Shown one piece after another: positions 15,682-24,979 of a DNA stretch of 37,897 nt (positions are counted from its first letter, which is position 1; the number at the start of each line of letters is the position of its first letter). Below the pieces are notes generated by a model. It was not told the origin of the DNA. It saw nothing but the letters and a program-made list of their open reading frames with translations, and did not search any database. Origin of the DNA: a virus; the IMG/VR virus record IMGVR_UViG_3300029619_000018, positions 1 through 37,897 of that record; one strand, 5' to 3'. The position numbers were made by a program, and so were the translations under genes.

Positions 15682-17589
15682 ATGAGATATTCTCCGGCAA
15701 AACTCCCCAGCGCTGATGTGGTAAAGACCAATGCCATGGTCATTAACGACTTTTATGGCTGCGACTTTTCCAGCGGCGCAACCAATATCGACCCAAGAAG
15801 AAGCCCCAACTGCGAGAACATGATCCGTTCCTCCCCCGGCCGCGTGAGAAAGCGCCTTGGCTTTGCCAAAACAGCGGTATACGATGGCCGTATTAATGGC
15901 CGGTTCTCTCTGGATGGGACAGATATTATCCATGCGGGCACGAAACTGTATGCAGGCGATACGCTGATCTCTTCCGCCATGAACGATGCCTTTTCGGTTG
16001 GCAAGAACTTCGATAAAGCGCTGTACCTGCTGGATGGAGCACACTACTACAAGGTAACGCACAGTGGCGGAACCTTTACCGTGGCTAATGTATCGGACAG
16101 CGCCTATGTACCGCGCATCGTTATCAATAAAAATCCGGATGGTACCGGCGGAACAACTTATGAGGATATCAACCTCATGTCGGATAAGTGGACGGAATCT
16201 TTCTATGTAGGAGATAAGACCGCAGCAGCAACAGTATTCCAACTTTCCCTTGAAAATTTGGATACAACACCTGTAACGGCAAAGATATTGCAAGCTGACG
16301 GTTCCTTTGTAGACAAGGTGGAGACTACCGACTTTACTGTAAACCGCACCAGCGGCACCGTGACATTCGTAGCCGCTCCGGGTAAATCCCCTTTGGAGGG
16401 CGCGGACAATGTATATATCACTGCATCAAAGGACAGGAGCGAGAGCCGAAGCCGCATTACGAACTGCGATACCTGTATTGTGTATGGCGAGACGGGCACC
16501 CGGCTATTTGTGACCGGCGATCCGAACTTTAAGAACAGGGATTTTTGGTCGGCGCAGAATGATTTTTCTTATTTTTCCGATCTATCCTATTCGATACTGG
16601 GCGAGGACAGCGAGCGCATTGTAGGTTATTCCATCGTGGGCGACAGGATAGCGGCCCACAAGAGCGGAACCACCGGCGCGGTGTATGTGCGCACCGGCTC
16701 CACGGTAACGGAGACCGATGATCTTGGCAACAGCGTGGAGACCTTTGCCTTTAAGACCGGAAATGTAATCACCGGACACGGCGCAATCGCTCCGCACAGC
16801 TTTGTGCCGACCGATAACGAGCCGCTGTTCCTTTCCTCCACCGGCATCTTCGCACTGACTGCTTCCGATGTGACCGGCGAGCGCTATGTGCAGAGCCGCA
16901 GCTTTTATATCAATCCGAAGCTGCTTTCGGAAAGCAATATCGCCGATGCCTATGCCTGCATCCACAAGGACTTTTATTTCATTGCGGCCGGTGCTGGCGT
17001 GTATGTGCTTGACCTGCTGCAAAAGCACTACGAGGATGGGGAGCCGTATTCCAACTACCAGTACGAGTGCTTTTATCTGACCGGAATACCCGCAAGGGTG
17101 ATCTGGGACGATAACGGCGAACTGTTCTTTGGTACGGCGGATGGCAAAGTATGCAAATTCAATACCGATGAGACCGCTCCAAACTCCTACAACGACACGA
17201 TGGACGGGGAGACATACACACCAGTAGGGTGCCAGTGGGAAACCCCAGATATCGATGGCAAGACCTTTTACTCCAGCAAACACTTCCGGTACATGGCCTG
17301 CAGGCTGTCCGCTTTTGTGCGCACCAGTGTAAACGCCTATGCGATGTGCAGCGGCAAATGGATCTCCATCCTGACCGATGCCCGAACGGCAAGGTTTTTC
17401 TCGTGGGAGGACATCGACTGGTCGAAATGGACATGGAGTACCGATGCCACCCCAAAGGTGCTGGGGCGCAAGCTGGATATGCGCAATCTGGATAAGGTGC
17501 GCTTCCGGTTCTCCAATGCAAATGCGGAGCCTTTCGGCATAGAAAACATTGCCGTAGAGTACCGAGAAACCAAGAAATACAGGGGGTAA
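15682..17589 (+). CDS. Large virion structural protein, possible tail hub/nozzle
   Basis: 635-aa protein with a strong AAGGAGGGG RBS. Lies between the adaptor-like gene and the fibre gene. Confidence 0.4.
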   Translation: MRYSPAKLPSADVVKTNAMVINDFYGCDFSSGATNIDPRRSPNCENMIRSSPGRVRKRLGFAKTAVYDGRINGRFSLDGTDIIHAGTKLYAGDTLISSAMNDAFSVGKNFDKALYLLDGAHYYKVTHSGGTFTVANVSDSAYVPRIVINKNPDGTGGTTYEDINLMSDKWTESFYVGDKTAAATVFQLSLENLDTTPVTAKILQADGSFVDKVETTDFTVNRTSGTVTFVAAPGKSPLEGADNVYITASKDRSESRSRITNCDTCIVYGETGTRLFVTGDPNFKNRDFWSAQNDFSYFSDLSYSILGEDSERIVGYSIVGDRIAAHKSGTTGAVYVRTGSTVTETDDLGNSVETFAFKTGNVITGHGAIAPHSFVPTDNEPLFLSSTGIFALTASDVTGERYVQSRSFYINPKLLSESNIADAYACIHKDFYFIAAGAGVYVLDLLQKHYEDGEPYSNYQYECFYLTGIPARVIWDDNGELFFGTADGKVCKFNTDETAPNSYNDTMDGETYTPVGCQWETPDIDGKTFYSSKHFRYMACRLSAFVRTSVNAYAMCSGKWISILTDARTARFFSWEDIDWSKWTWSTDATPKVLGRKLDMRNLDKVRFRFSNANAEPFGIENIAVEYRETKKYRG

Positions 17590-17592
17590 GAT

Positions 17593-20124
17593 ATGTTTGA
17601 AAAAATAAAAGCGTCCGATGGCAATGCTTATACCCCGGACGCTGTATTTACCGATAGCGATGGCAACAGGGTGGGTGTAATCGGACAGGAAACGACCCCC
17701 GGCCTGTCTGCCAGTGAGATGCAGTATTCCGTAGAGCAGGTCGTGCGTGAGGTAGTGATTCCCGCGTACAACAGCCTGGTGGACGCGCTGAATGCCTTGA
17801 CCGCTGCCGCCAACATGGGCGCAGAGGATATCAGCGGTGCGGCATCGACCGTACAGGAAGAGCTGGAAAAGCGGATCCTGACCGGCAATGTGAAGTACAT
17901 CCGCCTTAACGATGACAAGGTGCTGGAAACCAGCGAAGATGGCGTAACATGGGAAGCGACCGGCTCCTCCGGCCACATCATTGTCAAGCCGGACGGGACA
18001 GTAGCCCCGCAGCGCAGCCGCATGAAGTTTGCCAACGGAACTGTGACCGATGACGGCGAGCAGACCATCATCACCGGCCTGAAAGGCGATACCGGCCCGC
18101 AGGGCGAGAAAGGCGACACAGGCGAGCAGGGGCCGAAGGGTGACCAAGGCCTGACAGGCCCCGTTATTGTTCCCACCGTAGATGCAGACGGCGTCATGTC
18201 CTTTACCATACAGGATACGGCGATTGCACCGCAGGCCGTCAGTGTGAGAGGCCCGCAGGGCCCGCAGGGCGTACAGGGCCAGCAGGGTGCCCAGGGCACA
18301 AGAGGCCCGCAGGGTATTCAGGGCGTACAGGGTATCCAGGGCCCCAAGGGCGAAACAGGCGAACAGGGTCCTGCCGGTGCTACTGGTGCCACAGGCGCAA
18401 CCGGTCCCAAAGGTGATAAAGGCGATACTGGCCCCAAGGGTGATACCGGCGCAACCGGTGCCCGTGGTGCAACAGGCGCTACCGGCGCACAAGGCCCGGC
18501 TGGTCCCGCAGGCCCCAAGGGTGAACAGGGCGATACCGGAGCCACAGGCGCAACCGGGGCGACAGGTGCTACAGGTGCAGAAGGCCCTGCTGGCCCTCGT
18601 GGCTTAAAGGGCGAAAAGGGAGACAAAGGTGATACTGGTGCAACAGGCGCTACCGGCGCTACTGGTGCGCAGGGGCCTATGGGACCGCAAGGACCGACAG
18701 GCCCTGCCGGTAAAGATGGAACCAGCCTGTATATCGAGGACAGCTATCCTACACTGGCAGCGCTGAAAAACGCGATCCCCGCCGGGAACAACAAGATGTA
18801 CTATGTGCAGGAGGACGGCGAGTGCTACATCTGGAGCGAGACGGCCAATGACTGGGTAAGCGTTGGCGCTTTGCAAGGCCCCATCGGCCCTCAAGGCCCT
18901 CAAGGCGTACAGGGGCCACAAGGCGAGCAAGGCCCAGCTGGCGCTACCGGTGCTACTGGCGCTGCTGGAGAACAAGGCCCGCAGGGTGAGAAAGGCGACA
19001 AAGGGGACACTGGCGAGCAAGGCCCCACAGGCGCTACTGGTGCAACAGGCGCGACAGGCCCGCAAGGCCCAGCCGGTTCTCCCGGTGCTGACGGTGCAGC
19101 TGCTACTATTAAAATAGGTACAGTAACCTCCGGCGATGCTGCTTCCGTTACCAACAGCGGCACAACCTCTGCTGCGGTATTCGACTTTGTACTGCCCAAA
19201 GGCGATAAGGGCGAAAAAGGAGATACCGGTGCTACAGGTCCGCAGGGTGAGACCGGCGCAACCGGCCCGGCTGGTGCTACCGGCGCTACAGGCCCGCAAG
19301 GCGAACAGGGCGTTCAGGGGCCGCAGGGCGAAGTGGGTCCGGAGGGGCCGCAAGGTCCTGCCGGTGCAGCAGGAAAGGATGGCAAATCCGCCTACCAGAC
19401 TGCCGCAGAAGCAGGATACACCGGGACGGAAACCGCATTTAACGCGGCGCTGGCGGATGTGCCCGGCCATATCGCAAGCAAGGCCAACCCCCACGAAGTA
19501 ACCAAAACGCAAGTTGGCCTTAGCAATGTGGACAATGTGAAGCAGGCCCCCTATACCCATGTTTCCGATAAGGCTAACCCACATAGCGTGACCAAAGCCC
19601 AGGTCGGGCTTGGAAATGTAGATAACACCAGCGATGTCAATAAGCCTGTTTCCACTGCACAGCAGACAGCGATTAACGCCTGCAAGGTAAAGAAAGCGAG
19701 CGTTACCCTGACCGCTGCCGGGTGGACAGGAGCTGCAAGCCCCTATGCGCAGACCATAACCCTTTCCGGCATTACCGTAAACAGCAAGGTGGATATCCAG
19801 ATGGATGCAACCGTCCTTGGCGCTATCCTCGACAGCGGTACATCTGCCCTTTGGATTGAGAACAACAACGGTACCCTTACCGCCAAGGCAATGGGCGAAA
19901 AGCCCAATGCGGACATGGAGGTACAGGTGATGATAACAGAGATCATCAACGGTGGGGGCAGTATCTCCGGCAATGCCATCTATGCGCCATCCGGCGGCGG
20001 TGGCTTTGTAGCTTCCGCTACGGCACCGGATACCAAGCTGCTGTGGATCGATACCGCAAACGGCGGTATTATCAAATACCACAACGGCACTGCATGGGTA
20101 GCTGTTGGCGCGGCATTCAGTTAA
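17593..20124 (+). CDS. Collagen-like tail fibre protein
   Basis: Four blocks of G-X-Y repeats. Two copies of the fibre motif ANPH.VTK.QVGL.NVDN. Beta-rich C-terminal domain. Confidence 0.85.
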   Translation: MFEKIKASDGNAYTPDAVFTDSDGNRVGVIGQETTPGLSASEMQYSVEQVVREVVIPAYNSLVDALNALTAAANMGAEDISGAASTVQEELEKRILTGNVKYIRLNDDKVLETSEDGVTWEATGSSGHIIVKPDGTVAPQRSRMKFANGTVTDDGEQTIITGLKGDTGPQGEKGDTGEQGPKGDQGLTGPVIVPTVDADGVMSFTIQDTAIAPQAVSVRGPQGPQGVQGQQGAQGTRGPQGIQGVQGIQGPKGETGEQGPAGATGATGATGPKGDKGDTGPKGDTGATGARGATGATGAQGPAGPAGPKGEQGDTGATGATGATGATGAEGPAGPRGLKGEKGDKGDTGATGATGATGAQGPMGPQGPTGPAGKDGTSLYIEDSYPTLAALKNAIPAGNNKMYYVQEDGECYIWSETANDWVSVGALQGPIGPQGPQGVQGPQGEQGPAGATGATGAAGEQGPQGEKGDKGDTGEQGPTGATGATGATGPQGPAGSPGADGAAATIKIGTVTSGDAASVTNSGTTSAAVFDFVLPKGDKGEKGDTGATGPQGETGATGPAGATGATGPQGEQGVQGPQGEVGPEGPQGPAGAAGKDGKSAYQTAAEAGYTGTETAFNAALADVPGHIASKANPHEVTKTQVGLSNVDNVKQAPYTHVSDKANPHSVTKAQVGLGNVDNTSDVNKPVSTAQQTAINACKVKKASVTLTAAGWTGAASPYAQTITLSGITVNSKVDIQMDATVLGAILDSGTSALWIENNNGTLTAKAMGEKPNADMEVQVMITEIINGGGSISGNAIYAPSGGGGFVASATAPDTKLLWIDTANGGIIKYHNGTAWVAVGAAFS
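18070..19383 (+). repeat. Collagen-type G-X-Y coding repeats in four blocks (about 18070-18165, 18247-18720, 18872-19090, 19198-19383)
   Basis: GGC/GGT recurs every third codon ([19 protein letters not shown] and similar). Block edges are approximate. Confidence 0.85.
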
Positions 20125-20138
20125 GGGGGTGAAACATA

Positions 20139-20759
20139 TTGGCTCTTAATTCTCAGAACCAGATCCTTGCCTCGGACTTTGTAAGCCTTAAAGCAAGGGT
20201 AAAAGCGGAAATGAATCGTCGCTGCCGCTCCGGCTCTCTGACGGCCTATGCCGGAGCAGCCTACGACTACAGCGTTGTCCCCGCCAATGGGGTCATCGTC
20301 AAACCGGAACACCTTAACAAGCTGGTCGTACCGATCAACGCGATTTCGCCCAGTGGGTATACCGAAAAAGCAGCTGGGGACGCCGTCCCGGAGTTGGCCA
20401 CACTGGATGCAAAGCTGGCAGGCCATGAAGCATATCCCATGCGTGGCAGCGGTTCGGATTGCGCATCCGGCTGCAGCGGACTGTGCAGCTCCGGATGCTA
20501 TAATAGCTGTTCTGGTTGTGGCGGATCTTGCTCTTATGACTGCAGCGGGTGTAGTGGAACCTGTACTGGCGACTGCGAAGGGACATGTTCTGGAGGCTGC
20601 AGCACATCGTGCGGAGGAGCTTGCTGGCGGGATGGCTGCACCAGCAACTGTACAGCAGCTTGTAGAATGGATTGTACTGGAGGGTGCAAAGGAAATTGCG
20701 GCAGTATATGCTCTACGAATTGTAGAACGACCTGTGTATCAACATCTGGAACATCTTAA
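20139..20759 (+). CDS. CXXX-repeat protein: 107-aa N-terminal domain plus a 24-Cys ladder; putative radical-SAM substrate
   Basis: TTG start 7 nt after GGGGGTG. The C-terminal region (20460-20735) reads CASGCSGLCSSGCYNSCSGCGGSCSYDCSGCSGTCTGDCEGTCSGGCSTSCGGACWRDGCTSNCTAACRMDCTGGCKGNCGSICSTNCRTTC. Confidence 0.75.
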   Translation: MALNSQNQILASDFVSLKARVKAEMNRRCRSGSLTAYAGAAYDYSVVPANGVIVKPEHLNKLVVPINAISPSGYTEKAAGDAVPELATLDAKLAGHEAYPMRGSGSDCASGCSGLCSSGCYNSCSGCGGSCSYDCSGCSGTCTGDCEGTCSGGCSTSCGGACWRDGCTSNCTAACRMDCTGGCKGNCGSICSTNCRTTCVSTSGTS

Positions 20760-20776
20760 TTGTAGGAGGTAAATTT

Positions 20777-21289
20777 ATGATAGGCGTATATCAAGCAAAT
20801 GCTATGGTAAAAGTGGCAGAACTTTCCGAGATTTCTGTTCAGGAGATCAAGGAGGCTTTAGCTGAAAAAAAGGTGGGAGTTGGCCGAGAACTGTATCCCA
20901 TTTTATGTGATCAACCGATGGCTCCTGCCGTGAATGCAGAAGAAAGTACGGTACGCAGCTATGCTTCCAATGTAATCGCAAAGGTTGAGGATGCACTGGG
21001 AATTAAATATGATGAAGCCGTAAAAGGTGCTGTTACAGAGTATTTTGTCCTTGACCGCAAACGATATGGCAGTAGCATAGAACAAATCGTTGAGCGGAGC
21101 TTGTCCGTACTCGCTATGTACCCCAGTGCAGAAAAAGGCTCTTTCTTATGGTTCTTGATGGAAACCATAAAGCGCCAACTGATGGGAGTGTATATTAAGG
21201 ATACCAAATTCCTCCCGGAGCTGAAGATTTTAATTGAAGAAATAAAGAAAACTTCGGCAGCTTATGATCTGTATGCCGCTGAACTCTAA
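20777..21289 (+). CDS. Hypothetical protein (170 aa) inside the radical-SAM cassette
   Basis: Strong AGGAGG RBS. Visibly more AT-rich than its neighbours. Helical sequence with no recognisable motif. Confidence 0.55.
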   Translation: MIGVYQANAMVKVAELSEISVQEIKEALAEKKVGVGRELYPILCDQPMAPAVNAEESTVRSYASNVIAKVEDALGIKYDEAVKGAVTEYFVLDRKRYGSSIEQIVERSLSVLAMYPSAEKGSFLWFLMETIKRQLMGVYIKDTKFLPELKILIEEIKKTSAAYDLYAAEL

Positions 21290-21301
21290 GGAGGAATCAA
21301 A

Positions 21302-21583
21302 ATGGCATTGAAAGTAACAATCCCTGAGCAGGACTGCACCTGCGTGGAACGCCTGTGGTACGAGTACAACGCGGCGCTGGGTGTTCTGCGTTATCTGATG
21401 GCGCAGCCTGATGTACTGGAGGAAAACCTGCAGCTGTATGCCGATAGCTGTGAAGCAAAGAGCGTGGAGCTGGAGCTGGCCAAAAGAGAAGTGAGTGAGC
21501 GCTTTAAGCCCGACGGCGCAGTTATGAGCTACTCTTTTAACTTTGACGAGTGCGCCATTGAGTATCAGATGGAGGCCGTATGA
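21302..21583 (+). CDS. Small accessory protein, putative CXXX-repeat modification system partner
   Basis: 93-aa protein with an AAGGAGG RBS, ATGA-coupled to the radical-SAM gene. The size and position match the small partner I recall for CXXX-repeat maturase cassettes. Confidence 0.5.
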   Translation: MALKVTIPEQDCTCVERLWYEYNAALGVLRYLMAQPDVLEENLQLYADSCEAKSVELELAKREVSERFKPDGAVMSYSFNFDECAIEYQMEAV

Positions 21584-22896
21584 AGCGAAGCGAAATAAGC
21601 TATGCGGATTACCTTTGCACCTTGTACCCGGAGGAGAGCGCCAAAATGCTGCCGGAGGAATTTCTCTGCCGCGACATTACTTTTCAGGTGACCGATGACT
21701 GCCCGATGGCCTGCACTTATTGCTACCAGGGGCATAAAGGGCACCGGGTAATGTCAAAAGAAACGGCCAGAAAAGGGGTAGACCTCCTTTTCAAAATGTG
21801 GGAGGAAGATAAGGGGACTTTTATCAACCGTAAAACAAAGGCCATTGTTCTGGATATGATCGGTGGGGAACCTCTGATGGCTATTGATGTGATCGATGAT
21901 ATCTGCACCTACTTTGTGCGGCGCTGCCTGGAGCTGCAGCACCCGTGGATCTATACATGGAGGGTCAATATCACATCGAATGGTGCTTTGTACTTTGAAC
22001 CGAAAGTGCAGGAGTTCCTCCACAAGTTCCGGAATAATCTGAGCTTCGCTGTAACGCTGGACGGGCCGAAAGAGATCCATGATGCCTGCCGGGTCTATCA
22101 TGATGGGCGCGGTAACTTTGATGACGCCTACGCGGCAATGAAGCACTTTAACGCCCACTTCTACGAAGAATTGGGGACAAAAGTGACCATTGCCCCGGAG
22201 AACATCCACAATCTTAACCGCATCGTGGACTTCTTTATGGCCGAGGGCATGAAAACAATACACGCCAACTGTGTACATGAAGCCAAGTGGACACCGGAAC
22301 ACGCCAAGGTGCTGTACGATGAAATGAAGCAGATGGCTGATAAGCTGCTGAAAAACAACGACGGTACCACGGTCTCCCTGTTCTCGGAAGATAATTTCCA
22401 CCCGCTTCCGCCAGAAGAAAACGGGAACTGGTGCGGCGGTACCGGGGCCATGCTGGCGTTTGACCCCGATGGTATTGCCTACCCCTGCCTGCGGTATATG
22501 CCATCCTCTTTGGGCAACGATGTCCCGCCCATTATCGTCGGTACCGTCGATGGGGTATTTGAGCAGCCGGAGCACAAAGCAATTAAGGAATACCTTGACA
22601 GCATTACCCGTCGTTCGCAGTCTACGGATGAATGCTGGGAATGTCCGGTCGCTTCCGGCTGCGCATGGTGCTCCGCATGGAATTATCAGGAGACCGGCTC
22701 GGTCAACTGCCGCAGTACCAATATCTGTGTGATGCACAAGGCGAGAGCACTGGCCAATGTGTACTACTGGAACAAATGGTATAAGCAAAACAACATCAAT
22801 AAGAAATTCAAAATGCATCTACTCCGAGAGGAAGCAGAAAAAATAATCAGCCCGCAGGAGTATGATATGCTGCTGCGGCTGAGTGAGGAGGACTGA
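21580..22896 (+). CDS. Radical SAM / SPASM-domain peptide maturase
   Basis: CX3CX2C motif (DDCPMACTYCYQG). GGEPLM. SPASM-type C-terminal clusters WCGGTGAMLAFDPDGIAYPC and CWECPVASGCAWCSAWNY. Confidence 0.85.
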   Translation: MKRSEISYADYLCTLYPEESAKMLPEEFLCRDITFQVTDDCPMACTYCYQGHKGHRVMSKETARKGVDLLFKMWEEDKGTFINRKTKAIVLDMIGGEPLMAIDVIDDICTYFVRRCLELQHPWIYTWRVNITSNGALYFEPKVQEFLHKFRNNLSFAVTLDGPKEIHDACRVYHDGRGNFDDAYAAMKHFNAHFYEELGTKVTIAPENIHNLNRIVDFFMAEGMKTIHANCVHEAKWTPEHAKVLYDEMKQMADKLLKNNDGTTVSLFSEDNFHPLPPEENGNWCGGTGAMLAFDPDGIAYPCLRYMPSSLGNDVPPIIVGTVDGVFEQPEHKAIKEYLDSITRRSQSTDECWECPVASGCAWCSAWNYQETGSVNCRSTNICVMHKARALANVYYWNKWYKQNNINKKFKMHLLREEAEKIISPQEYDMLLRLSEED

Positions 22897-22897
22897 T

Positions 22898-23155
22898 ATG
22901 GATGCAAGTGTTTGGGTAGCAATTATCACAGGTGTGGCGTCGGTATTGGCGGTGGTGATAACCAACAGCCGGAGCAATGCCGAACGGGACTACAAGATGG
23001 AACGGGCGCAGGCCGTAACCGACACCAAGCTGGAAGAACTGACCCGGGAGGTGCGGCTGCACAATAACTTCGCGGAACGGATCCCCGTTTTGGAAGAACA
23101 GAACAAAGCCCTTAACAAAAGGGTAACCAACCTTGAGCAGAGAAAAGGAGCGTAA
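22898..23155 (+). CDS. N-terminal TM plus coiled-coil lysis-associated protein (XhlA-like)
   Basis: GGAGGA RBS before ATG 22898. TM segment VWVAIITGVASVLAVVI. Coiled-coil segment LEELTREVRLHNNFAERIPVLEEQNKALNKRVTNLE. Lies directly upstream of the holin. Confidence 0.5.
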   Translation: MDASVWVAIITGVASVLAVVITNSRSNAERDYKMERAQAVTDTKLEELTREVRLHNNFAERIPVLEEQNKALNKRVTNLEQRKGA

Positions 23156-23157
23156 CT

Positions 23158-23484
23158 ATGAACGAATTTGTAACCTGGACAACTCTTGGAACCTATGCCG
23201 GCGCTGTGATGATGGTCACTATCATCACCCAGTTTTTGAAGCAGACCCCCCTTGCCAAGCTGAACGCACAGCTGCTGGCGTACATTGTGGCGGTGGCTAT
23301 CCTCATCGGCGCAGAAGCATTTAACGACTCTGCCGTGACGGTACAGGGCGTAATCCTGTGCCTGCTGAACGCCGTTATTGTGGCGCTGGCTGCCAACGGT
23401 ACATACGATGCCGCTACCACCAATATGATGAAAAAGCCTGTGGTGGCGGAATACGAGCACGAGGAGGTCGTGGAAGATGCCTAA
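23158..23484 (+). CDS. Holin
   Basis: 108-aa protein with about three hydrophobic segments and a charged C-terminus. Lies immediately upstream of the endolysin and overlaps it. Confidence 0.65.
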   Translation: MNEFVTWTTLGTYAGAVMMVTIITQFLKQTPLAKLNAQLLAYIVAVAILIGAEAFNDSAVTVQGVILCLLNAVIVALAANGTYDAATTNMMKKPVVAEYEHEEVVEDA

Positions 23485-24193
23485 AGTGTATCTTTCCCCG
23501 GAACGCAGACCAAAACCGCATGGGCCGTATTACGGCTTTCCCGGCGTGTATGAGCATGATGTGTGTGTGGAAATCGGCGCTTATTGCGCCGATGCCCTCA
23601 CCCGCTGCGGCTTTGAGGTAATGGTAGCTGACCCTGCCAAGACCATGCAGGAGCGTGTAGCGGAAAGCATAGTATGGGACAGTGACCTGCATATGCCCAT
23701 TCACACCAACGCCAGCACTGCCACCACAAAAGAGGGGACGGCGCAGGGGCCTACCATTCTCCGCTACGGCAAAGCCGGCGGCGTAAGCGACCGGGCCTGC
23801 CAGATGGTTTATCGCCGCCTGATGGAGATTTACCCCCGGAATACCCACCGGGGCGTGTACCAGAAAGACGAGTTTTATGAAATCGGCAGAACCCCGATGC
23901 TTTCCATCTATCCGGAGCTGGCTTTCCACGACAACGGACAGGACGCGATCTGGCTGGTGCAGAACAAGAAAGCCATAGGGGAAGCACTGTGCAAAGGCGT
24001 GTGCGACTGGTTTGGCGTGACCTACAAGGCAGAGGAAGAAAAGCCGCAGACAGACTATGAGCGGCTTCTTGCCGAGCTGGAGGAAGTAAAAGAAAAGTAC
24101 AGAGTAGAGCACGCATCTGCGCAGGCGCTGCGTGCCAGAATTTTAGCCGCCGTGGAACAGTATGACACGGCGGCATTTGATAAGGAGGGATAA
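23477..24193 (+). CDS. Endolysin, N-acetylmuramoyl-L-alanine amidase (Amidase_3-like)
   Basis: YLSPE...YEHDVC..IG..L..CGFEV...DLHMPIHTNA...YPELAFHDN pattern. The C-terminus is coiled-coil-like rather than an obvious wall-binding repeat. Confidence 0.75.
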   Translation: MPKVYLSPERRPKPHGPYYGFPGVYEHDVCVEIGAYCADALTRCGFEVMVADPAKTMQERVAESIVWDSDLHMPIHTNASTATTKEGTAQGPTILRYGKAGGVSDRACQMVYRRLMEIYPRNTHRGVYQKDEFYEIGRTPMLSIYPELAFHDNGQDAIWLVQNKKAIGEALCKGVCDWFGVTYKAEEEKPQTDYERLLAELEEVKEKYRVEHASAQALRARILAAVEQYDTAAFDKEG

Positions 24194-24194
24194 G

Positions 24195-24968
24195 ATGGCG
24201 CCGAAAAAGAATGTGACCCTTGTAAACGATGGCGGAAGCAGCAACACCATCAAAAACACCGGCACAGTCAAGCCGATAGGTTACGATGTGGCGAGGGCGG
24301 CCGCAGCAGCAGGCTCCGAAGTAAATAAGCCCGGCAGGGGAACGACTGACGCTATCATAAAAGGCGGGGCGCTTGCCGCAGCCAAAGGTCAGCTTGCCGG
24401 ACTTTCTCCCACTACCAGCGCGACGGTAACAGACACTACGGAACGAGATGCATATCTTGAAAGCCTGAAAGCGCAGCTGGATGCGCAGACCGCTGCCTAT
24501 GACCAGCTGCTTGCCTACAACCAGCAGATGTATGAGGCCCAGCAGAAACAGGCGGCCCAGCAGCGGGAGGACAATGCACGCAGGGCGTACATTGCCAAAG
24601 AGATGGCGCTAAAGAACCTCCCCGGGCAGCTGGCCCGTGAGGGCATTAATGGCGGCCTTGCGGAAAGCTCCTATGTCCGGCTGAACAACCGCTATAACAG
24701 CAGCCTTGCCGATGCGGATAACGCCTATTCCGATGCGGTGAATCAGGCATACCTTGACATGATTCAGGCGAACCGGGAGCCGCAGAGCGGAAAGATGAAT
24801 GCGCAGGCAAGCTATTCCGCCGGGCTGGCAAAGGCCCCGAAGCCAAAGACAAAAACCACCAAAAAGGACAACCCAAATTACAATGCCGCCTTGCAGGACT
24901 CCTACAACATGTTGCGCCGGGCCGGTTATTCTGATTCAATGGCGGCAAGACTTCTCGGACTTGAATAA
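24195..24968 (+). CDS. Gln/Ala-rich coiled-coil protein, possible internal virion protein
   Basis: AAGGAGGG RBS before ATG 24195. Lies immediately upstream of the giant polyvalent protein. Confidence 0.45.
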   Translation: MAPKKNVTLVNDGGSSNTIKNTGTVKPIGYDVARAAAAAGSEVNKPGRGTTDAIIKGGALAAAKGQLAGLSPTTSATVTDTTERDAYLESLKAQLDAQTAAYDQLLAYNQQMYEAQQKQAAQQREDNARRAYIAKEMALKNLPGQLAREGINGGLAESSYVRLNNRYNSSLADADNAYSDAVNQAYLDMIQANREPQSGKMNAQASYSAGLAKAPKPKTKTTKKDNPNYNAALQDSYNMLRRAGYSDSMAARLLGLE

Positions 24969-24979
24969 CAGGAGGAAAA

